Shown here: in pieces, positions 57,838 to 64,000 of the stretch
Layout: each line of letters opens with the position of its first letter
Numbering within the stretch: position 1 is the first letter of the stretch
Source: an uncultured Porphyromonas sp.
Lineage (GTDB): Bacteria; Bacteroidota; Bacteroidia; Bacteroidales; Porphyromonadaceae
Assembly (NCBI RefSeq): GCF_938023125.1
Contig: NZ_CALHDW010000017.1
Location: forward strand, 218,289 to 282,288
Direction: 5' to 3'
DNA length: 64,000 nt
Notes under the pieces: generated by a model
Seen by the model: the letters and a program-made list of their open reading frames with translations, nothing else
Told to the model about the DNA's origin: nothing
Database searches by the model: none
Program-made: the position numbers and the translations under genes

Positions 57838-57845
57838 CAAAAGTA
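57838..57845 (-). promoter_or_regulatory. candidate -7 box TACTTTTG (minus strand) for the LptD-like gene
   Basis: Plus-strand caaaagta lies about 33 nt upstream of the ATG at 57805 and is adjacent to a T9 run. Confidence 0.35.
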
Positions 57846-57943
57846 CCTTTTTTTTTGCTGAGAGGGTATAGGATAAATCAAGATGTATGGATTACTCCGA
57901 AGGGAGCCCTCGGTGACAGGCATTCTCGCCCTGGAGCCTAAGA

Positions 57944-58879
57944 CTAATCGCGAAGGGAGAAAGAGGTGCGTCCGATTAGCGATCCATCGGCAAACAACTC
58001 CACACGATAAGTGCCTACAAGCAGGGTCTCCGCCACATTCCAGTAGAGTACAAAGGGCAGGTCTTCCCCTCCGTATTCTATCTCTTTGGAGGCCGTAGAG
58101 TGCAACGTGCTCCCCTCGTAAGAGAAAGCCACCCCATCCCCCGCAAGAGGTTGATCGTTAGGATTCAGGATGCGCAAATAGAGGACTCTGCGACCCGGCT
58201 GTGCCGTAACATTGCGAGCAATAGTCCCCTCAACCTTTATCGTTCGGATCTTATCAATACGTTGGGTGGCACGTCCCCGCTTATCAAGAGAGGCAGTCCG
58301 AAGCCCTTGAGCATCGAGCCGAGCGGCACGAGCCACTTGGGCCGTGAGAGAACTTTTCTCCCCTGCCAATTTGCGCGTCTCTGCCTCAGTAGCCTCTATA
58401 TGGTCGCTCATTTTCTGATTTTCTGCCCGTAGCTCCGTATTGATTCGCTGAAGAGAATCGATCTGCGCCACATAGGAACGTAAAACCTTGCGAAGCGACG
58501 TAATCTCCTGCGACAGCTCATTGATGCGCTTGGCATCGTTGTCTTTTACCGCACGCAGCTCTGCCGTAAGCCTATCGACCTTGGCTTGAGCCTCACTCAA
58601 TTGATCGAGAATAGAGTCGGAAGCTATGTGCAAACGATTCTCCCCGTAGCCGGAAGCACCTCGAATCTTCTGCGCTTGAATCCCAAATTCCTCCTGAAGA
58701 GCTGAGAGCTCCTCCTGCATTTTGGAACGCTCCATCGCCACAAGTTCTTTTTTCTCTTGTTCCAAATGGTGACGTTCCCTAGAGAGAAGCGAGAAGAATA
58801 ACAACCCCAAGAGAAAAACAACAGCGACAAAAGCTGCTACAATAAGGAGTTTCTTTTGCTTAGACGTGAGGGCTTGCAT
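57944..58879 (-). CDS. hypothetical membrane-anchored coiled-coil protein
   Basis: N-terminal TM helix (LLIVAAFVAVVFLLGLLFFSLL), about 150 aa of heptad-like coiled coil, and a C-terminal beta-rich domain. No family was recognised. Confidence 0.45.
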   Translation of the reverse strand: MQALTSKQKKLLIVAAFVAVVFLLGLLFFSLLSRERHHLEQEKKELVAMERSKMQEELSALQEEFGIQAQKIRGASGYGENRLHIASDSILDQLSEAQAKVDRLTAELRAVKDNDAKRINELSQEITSLRKVLRSYVAQIDSLQRINTELRAENQKMSDHIEATEAETRKLAGEKSSLTAQVARAARLDAQGLRTASLDKRGRATQRIDKIRTIKVEGTIARNVTAQPGRRVLYLRILNPNDQPLAGDGVAFSYEGSTLHSTASKEIEYGGEDLPFVLYWNVAETLLVGTYRVELFADGSLIGRTSFSLRD

Positions 58880-58917
58880 ATAAAACTAATGGGCTATCTA
58901 TCCCAACGAAATCCGAG

Positions 58918-59562
58918 TTATTGAAGTTGAAAAGACTTACGCTTCCACTTTAGGCGAAGGGGATCCGGACGCAGCAAGGCTCGCCAATGTGCTTTTTCTT
59001 CTTCCGTAGAGGCACTCTCCGGCACGAGCGACACGGTCAAAACCTCTTCCCTAGAAGAGTAGGTAATATAGCGTGCTAGCGAAAAAACATTCGCCCGATC
59101 TTGGTCACTAGCTTCGGGCAGGAGCAAATTGGTTATGGGGCAATCCGACAGCAGACTCTCGGGCGAAAGTACTTCGCCTCGCTTATTAAAAAAGGAAATG
59201 CTTGAGTAGGTAAATGGCTCCTTTATAGTCGTAATGTAACATAGAATATCTCCACCTCTATGAGGCAAGGCAACCATCTCAAAAGAGAGTGCTCCCGTAC
59301 CGAAAGAGAGAAAACGCTTGGTGCGCTCCTCCACCTTGAGCACGAAAAGGGATCCCAAACCCTGTGCCTCCACCTCCTGCCTGGGCTTGGCCTTTAGTAG
59401 AGAATCGCGAGCCTCGAGATCCAAAAAGGGGATTGTACCCTCGGGCAAAGCTGCGACCAGCTCCTCCAAAGACTGCGCCCGAAGCGACGAATGAGGGAGC
59501 GCCATCCAAACAACGGCGAGTAGGCCCACAAGTATAGGGTGAACGAAGTATCTCTTCTGCAT
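58918..59562 (-). CDS. hypothetical secreted protein (DUF3256-like)
   Basis: Signal peptide MQKRYFVHPILVGLLAVVWMALPHSSLRAQ. The family assignment is from memory only. Confidence 0.45.
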   Translation of the reverse strand: MQKRYFVHPILVGLLAVVWMALPHSSLRAQSLEELVAALPEGTIPFLDLEARDSLLKAKPRQEVEAQGLGSLFVLKVEERTKRFLSFGTGALSFEMVALPHRGGDILCYITTIKEPFTYSSISFFNKRGEVLSPESLLSDCPITNLLLPEASDQDRANVFSLARYITYSSREEVLTVSLVPESASTEEEKAHWRALLRPDPLRLKWKRKSFQLQ

Positions 59563-59707
59563 AACTTAGGCAAAGATACAACAAAAAAACATCCTTTCCC
59601 TTCTGTATTTACACTCCCCACACTCTCCCAATTCTCTCCCATTTTTCCTCTATTACGATAAAGATTCTCTCTAGAGGCTCCAACACCTTAGCTCTATAAA
59701 GCAAAAA

Positions 59708-59736
59708 CTCCCCCTCTCTACGAAAGAGAGGGAGAG
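59708..59736 (-). terminator. rho-independent terminator downstream of the susD-like gene
   Basis: Stem ctccccctctct/agagagggagag. On the minus strand it is followed by tttttgcttt. Confidence 0.5.
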
Positions 59737-59820
59737 CCTTTTACAGGACCTCGGAGAGGAGCTAAAATCCGTTCCCTAGCAGGGTGTCGGAGGCTTTTTC
59801 AACTCCTCTGAGAGAGTATC

Positions 59821-61437
59821 TTAACGCCAGTTACGGAAGTTCTGGAGATTCTCATTGTTCTCGCGGTCGCGGAGAGGGAATTCCCAAATGAACATCTTAT
59901 CACCAGCTTGCTTTTCGAGGTTGCGACCCACTTCTTGTACAGCGCTTGATGTACCGAAGATCTGTCCGGCAGCGGTAAGACCACCAACTTGAGGTTCGCC
60001 ACGCTTGAAGCCCATTCCCCAACGTACAAGGTCGTTGGTACGGAATCCTTCACCTACAAGCTCGCGTACACGCTCATTGCGGATTTCTTTGATCACTTCA
60101 TCCTTTGTACCAAAGTCTAGAGGATCGGGATATCCGGAGGTGAGACGAGACTTTTCGAGCTTAACGATAGTTTCGGCAGCGTCTGCAGTTCTACCAAGTT
60201 CAGCAAGAGCTTCAGCCTTGATAAGGTATGCTTCGGCTACGTTGAAGAGGTGAACACCAAACTTGAACTGAAGAACTTTCGCATCAGTATTAAGAGAAGG
60301 ATTACCGATGTACTTCGTAAGAGTATTGAACTCTGCGCCAAGATCATCACGATAGAATCCCTTTGTATCAACATATACTTTCTTACGGATATCGTTTGCA
60401 GAATAGAGGTCAACGACCCACTTTTCCAATACGAGAGAAGGCATGTAGTAGATAAACCAAGCTCTGGTCTTATCCTTATAGTCTTTATTATTCTTGTAAC
60501 CTTCTCTGTGACTAGCAGAAAGAAGAGAACTTGTAACAAAGCCATCTTGAGCCGTAGCACGGAGACGAACAAGGATTTCGGGGCTATCTTCGGTCTGCCA
60601 GATAGAGGTGAGAGACTTCGTCTTAGAAGGAGCATCACCATCAACATTGATAGCATACTTATTGATGAATGCATCACAAGCATCTACAGCCCCCTGCCAG
60701 TCATGCTTTGTAAGGCATACACGAGCCTTTACAGCATAAGCGAAGTCGCGAGTGAGATAGATAGCAGGCTTTACATCCATATTAGCATCAGCGGGGATGT
60801 TTGCAATAGCGTAGTCGAGGTCTTCAATCATGGATTGATAAACTTCGGCACGGGTAGCCTTCTTAGACTTAGCACCCTTGAGGGGGTCATACTGAGTCAT
60901 CAAGATAATACCTGATTGCTCATCGTTATCAGTAGTACCATCCCAAGGCTTAGAGAAACGTTGGATCAAACGCCAGTGTGCAAGAGCACGCATGATCTTG
61001 ATTTCTCCGATGTACTGCTTGAGGAGAGTCTTCTCTTCGTCTGTAGTTTGATACTCAGCGCTAGCAATAAGTTCTTCCGCACGCATGATGAAGTAGTTAG
61101 CCTGCATCAGGGTTTGGTAGTAAGCTGCATAGTAAGAATTAATATCACCATGATCGAGTACAGACTGCTCCTGCCAGGTATAAAGACCCTTGAGAGAGTT
61201 GTTATCAAGATACGTAAGGTGGTAAAGGTCCGTCTGTACATCTGCAGTGTTCAGATTGTCGGGAGATTCCACCCCAATAAGCAACGCATAGACGGCATCT
61301 CGGTTCTGCTTTGCCATCTTGATGTCCTGGAAAGGCTCCTGCAAAGGAGTTCCTTCGGGCAAGCGCGTTACGTTGCACGATGTAAAGATCGTAGCGAACG
61401 CGAGGATAGCGCTGAGGAAAAATGCTATTTTTTTCAT
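59821..61437 (-). CDS. RagB/SusD family nutrient-binding outer-membrane lipoprotein
   Basis: Lipobox FTSC and a TPR-like SusD fold (long helical protein). It is immediately downstream of the SusC/RagA gene. Confidence 0.85.
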   Translation of the reverse strand: MKKIAFFLSAILAFATIFTSCNVTRLPEGTPLQEPFQDIKMAKQNRDAVYALLIGVESPDNLNTADVQTDLYHLTYLDNNSLKGLYTWQEQSVLDHGDINSYYAAYYQTLMQANYFIMRAEELIASAEYQTTDEEKTLLKQYIGEIKIMRALAHWRLIQRFSKPWDGTTDNDEQSGIILMTQYDPLKGAKSKKATRAEVYQSMIEDLDYAIANIPADANMDVKPAIYLTRDFAYAVKARVCLTKHDWQGAVDACDAFINKYAINVDGDAPSKTKSLTSIWQTEDSPEILVRLRATAQDGFVTSSLLSASHREGYKNNKDYKDKTRAWFIYYMPSLVLEKWVVDLYSANDIRKKVYVDTKGFYRDDLGAEFNTLTKYIGNPSLNTDAKVLQFKFGVHLFNVAEAYLIKAEALAELGRTADAAETIVKLEKSRLTSGYPDPLDFGTKDEVIKEIRNERVRELVGEGFRTNDLVRWGMGFKRGEPQVGGLTAAGQIFGTSSAVQEVGRNLEKQAGDKMFIWEFPLRDRENNENLQNFRNWR

Positions 61438-61466
61438 CTGTCTAATTACGAATTATAGGTCTTTTA

Positions 61467-64000
61467 TTAGAACATTAGTTGGATACCACCAACGAATTGG
61501 CGCGTATTAGGGAATCTATTCAGCGTAAGGCCACCGGCACTTGTTTCAGGGTCGAAACCGTTGTATTCCTTAGACGTAATGGTCAAGAGGTTACGAGCCG
61601 AAACATAAACCTTAGCTCCGGTGATAATCTTTTGAGAGCCAAATACGCTCTTGGGGAATGTATAAGCCAATTGGATGTTTTTGAGTCGGAGGAAAGAAGC
61701 GTTTTCCAACAAACGATCATCGATTACCATTTGTTCGTCGAACTTAGAAGCTGTAACCTTAGCCTTTTCTTCGGGTGTTAGATCGCTAGTCCACTCGTTA
61801 AGAAGCTTCTTAGAACGGTTAAGCATCGTGAAACCACCACTCACGTTGTTTTCGAGGAAGTAACGGTCGTTGTTCATAGAATAAACACCGGTGAGGAAGG
61901 TCCAGTCCATAGTAAGAGAGAGTTGCTTCTTCCAAGTTACACCCATCTGAAGACCACCAGAGAAGGGAGCGCTAAGCACAGCCTTTTCGATACGGTGCTT
62001 CAAGGCATCGCTATACTCATCTGTAGTTTCTTTGGTTACGTTGCCGTTGCCATCAAGTTTGTACCACAATTGCTTACCGGTAGCAGAGTCAAAACCAGCA
62101 AATGAAGCTTGGTAGAATACCATAGGCTTGCCTACTGCGTAGTGAATTTCACCTACGTGGTAACCGTCTTTGTTGGTCTTTTCGCTAAAGAGCTTATCGA
62201 TACGTTCTTGGTTGTAGTTGAGGGTTGCAGAAACGAAAGCGTCCCAATCCTTAGTTTGGAGGAAGTTGTAGTTAAGTGTAAGGTCAACCCCACGGTTGGT
62301 CATTGCGCCCACGTTTTCCCAACGAGATGAATAACCTGTAGAGTAAGGAAGAGGTACATTCATCAACATGTCGGTAGTCTTTCTGTTATAGAAAGAGAGG
62401 TCTACAGTAAGAGCGTCATTCCACATACCATAGTCAACACCCACGCTCAACATACCCTGACGTTCCCAAGCGAGGTTGTCGTTACCAATAGAGGTGACAC
62501 CGAATGCGAGTTCGTCTGTATAGTTGATTGTACCAGTGCGAGCATATGATGCATAGAGGGGGATTGAAGAGTTACCTTGTGTACCATAGTTGGCCTTGAG
62601 GCGGAGAGAGCTTACAATACCCTTATCAGAAACTAGACCTGAACGGAGGAAGTCATACATACCACCAACAGAGAAGAAGGTAGCAGCTTGGTGCTTAGAA
62701 CCGAAGCGAGAGGAGCGGTCGTTACGGAGTGTAACGTCGAACGCCAAATAATCCTTGAAGAGGTAGTTTACACGACCGAAGAGAGAGAAGTAAGCGTAAG
62801 CTGTGCGGTACTGGCTGGGGAGACTTAGGTAGTTACCCTTCATACCGTGGCTCAACATCATAAACTTCTCATTCGTTAGACCTCTAGCACGTGCAGAGAA
62901 ACCTTCGCTCTTGCTATCTACAAATTCTTGACCGAGGAGGAATGTGAAGTTGTTGTTATCATCCATCTTCCACTTGTACTCACCCGTGTTGGTCCAGGTA
63001 ATAGCATAAGAACCATCATAAGACTGTCTATTGATACCATAACCACTCGCTTCGGGGTGCTTAGGATACATGAGCAATTCGTCACGGCTGAAGACCATAT
63101 CTATACCGGCTTGGCTCTTGAGGATAAGACCATCAACGGGGCGAAGCTGTGCGTATGCAGAAGTACCAAAACGGTAGCTATTAGAACCTTCCTTTACAAA
63201 CTTAGCCTTGTATTCGGGGTTGTAGAGGATAGCGTCTGTGATCGCAGGATAGAGACGGTGGAAAGTAAGGTAGTCTGCTTTTGTTGTAGTGAGGTTACCA
63301 TCAGCATCACGAGTGTAAGGGCTATAGTAGCGAGGAATGGTGAGTGCACCAAACGTACCACCATCAACATAAGCACTATTGAAAGCATCTGCAGATACTT
63401 GTTGGATAAGACCTCCAGAAATATTAACCCCAACGCGGAGCCAAGATTTTACACGAGCATCGATGTTGCTACGGAGGTTAATCTTGTTATATCTAGAGAT
63501 TGAGTTAGAGATACCTTCTTGAGAGAAGTACCCCCCGGAGATGTAGTACGAAACGTTGTCAGTACCACCAGAGATAGACATGTCGGCTTGGAACGTAGGA
63601 GCCTTCTTTCCGAGGAAGAAAGAGAGCCAGTCGTAGTCACGAGCTACAGTTGCAACGTAGTCACCGTTTGCATCTTGTTCTATAGTACCGTCGAATGCTG
63701 TACCTTGGAAACCATCCAAGAACTTCTTACGATCCGCCTTAGTCTCATAGTGACGGAGTTCGTAGTCGATAAGTTCTTGACCGGTCATCATCTGACGCAT
63801 AGGACGATCGCTAATGAGGGTAGAGATACCATACATAGCGTTGAGAGAGATGCGACCATCTTCGTTGAGCTTACCACGCTTGGTAGTAATTACGATAACC
63901 CCATTGGCAGCACGAGCACCATAGATTGAGGTAGAAGAAGCGTCCTTAAGTACGGTAATAGACTCAAAGTCGCTGGGGTTCATGGCCATAACCACGCTAG
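61467..64000 (-). CDS. SusC/RagA family TonB-dependent receptor, N-terminus beyond window
   Basis: The frame is still open at 64000. Plug-domain sequence NPSDFESITVLKDASSTSIYGARAANGVIVITTKRG is followed by a large barrel with the C-terminal aromatic ending GGIQLMF. Confidence 0.85.
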   Translation of the reverse strand, partial: SVVMAMNPSDFESITVLKDASSTSIYGARAANGVIVITTKRGKLNEDGRISLNAMYGISTLISDRPMRQMMTGQELIDYELRHYETKADRKKFLDGFQGTAFDGTIEQDANGDYVATVARDYDWLSFFLGKKAPTFQADMSISGGTDNVSYYISGGYFSQEGISNSISRYNKINLRSNIDARVKSWLRVGVNISGGLIQQVSADAFNSAYVDGGTFGALTIPRYYSPYTRDADGNLTTTKADYLTFHRLYPAITDAILYNPEYKAKFVKEGSNSYRFGTSAYAQLRPVDGLILKSQAGIDMVFSRDELLMYPKHPEASGYGINRQSYDGSYAITWTNTGEYKWKMDDNNNFTFLLGQEFVDSKSEGFSARARGLTNEKFMMLSHGMKGNYLSLPSQYRTAYAYFSLFGRVNYLFKDYLAFDVTLRNDRSSRFGSKHQAATFFSVGGMYDFLRSGLVSDKGIVSSLRLKANYGTQGNSSIPLYASYARTGTINYTDELAFGVTSIGNDNLAWERQGMLSVGVDYGMWNDALTVDLSFYNRKTTDMLMNVPLPYSTGYSSRWENVGAMTNRGVDLTLNYNFLQTKDWDAFVSATLNYNQERIDKLFSEKTNKDGYHVGEIHYAVGKPMVFYQASFAGFDSATGKQLWYKLDGNGNVTKETTDEYSDALKHRIEKAVLSAPFSGGLQMGVTWKKQLSLTMDWTFLTGVYSMNNDRYFLENNVSGGFTMLNRSKKLLNEWTSDLTPEEKAKVTASKFDEQMVIDDRLLENASFLRLKNIQLAYTFPKSVFGSQKIITGAKVYVSARNLLTITSKEYNGFDPETSAGGLTLNRFPNTRQFVGGIQLMF

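Noticed and set aside
1-64000. CRISPR arrays, transposases, integrases, phage genes, restriction-modification or toxin-antitoxin modules
   Set aside because: No regularly spaced direct repeats were seen outside the coding LRR repeats, and no ORF with recombinase, transposase, Cas or toxin motifs was recognised in any frame.

Overview
This 64 kb window reads as a chromosomal segment from a Bacteroidota genome, most likely Porphyromonas-like. The evidence is a GC content of roughly 53% by eye, recurrent TAnnTTTG (-7 type) promoter boxes, several T9SS C-terminal sorting domains, a RagA/RagB-type SusC/SusD pair, a serine palmitoyltransferase, and BspA-type leucine-rich-repeat (LRR) surface proteins. 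It is gene-dense, with about 60 CDS, 2 tRNAs, and no rRNA, CRISPR array or recognisable mobile-element genes.

Housekeeping blocks, in order along the window: rdgB (partial), mmcQ, birA, trmH-like, uvrA, merR-like; the fatty-acid block acpP-fabF-rnc followed directly by a serine palmitoyltransferase (spt); purN, nth and a NitT/TauT-type ABC transporter; a marR-like / M48 protease / rarA operon; ssb, gldE-like, a PPTase, ribD and manC; the conserved DUF4271-hemD-rnpA-yidD-tatD block; tRNA-Phe and hflX; a TonB-dependent receptor; an AI-2E / YeiH / LysE transporter run; an SDR plus acyl-CoA ligase pair; an EamA / EEP / two tandem rhomboids / LptD-like block; and a RagAB-like SusCD pair at the right edge.

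Accessory or surface-associated content worth a closer look: (i) a C10 (streptopain-like) cysteine peptidase lipoprotein co-transcribed with a downstream 232-aa lipoprotein, which has an orphan paralog about 28 kb away preceded by a poly-C tract; (ii) four BspA-like LRR / T9SS-cargo genes in two clusters, one abutting tRNA-Glu; (iii) an orphan Wza-Wzc(BY-kinase)-PHP tyrosine phosphatase module with no glycosyltransferases. All protein assignments rest on motifs recognised by eye in the six-frame translations. No searches were run.
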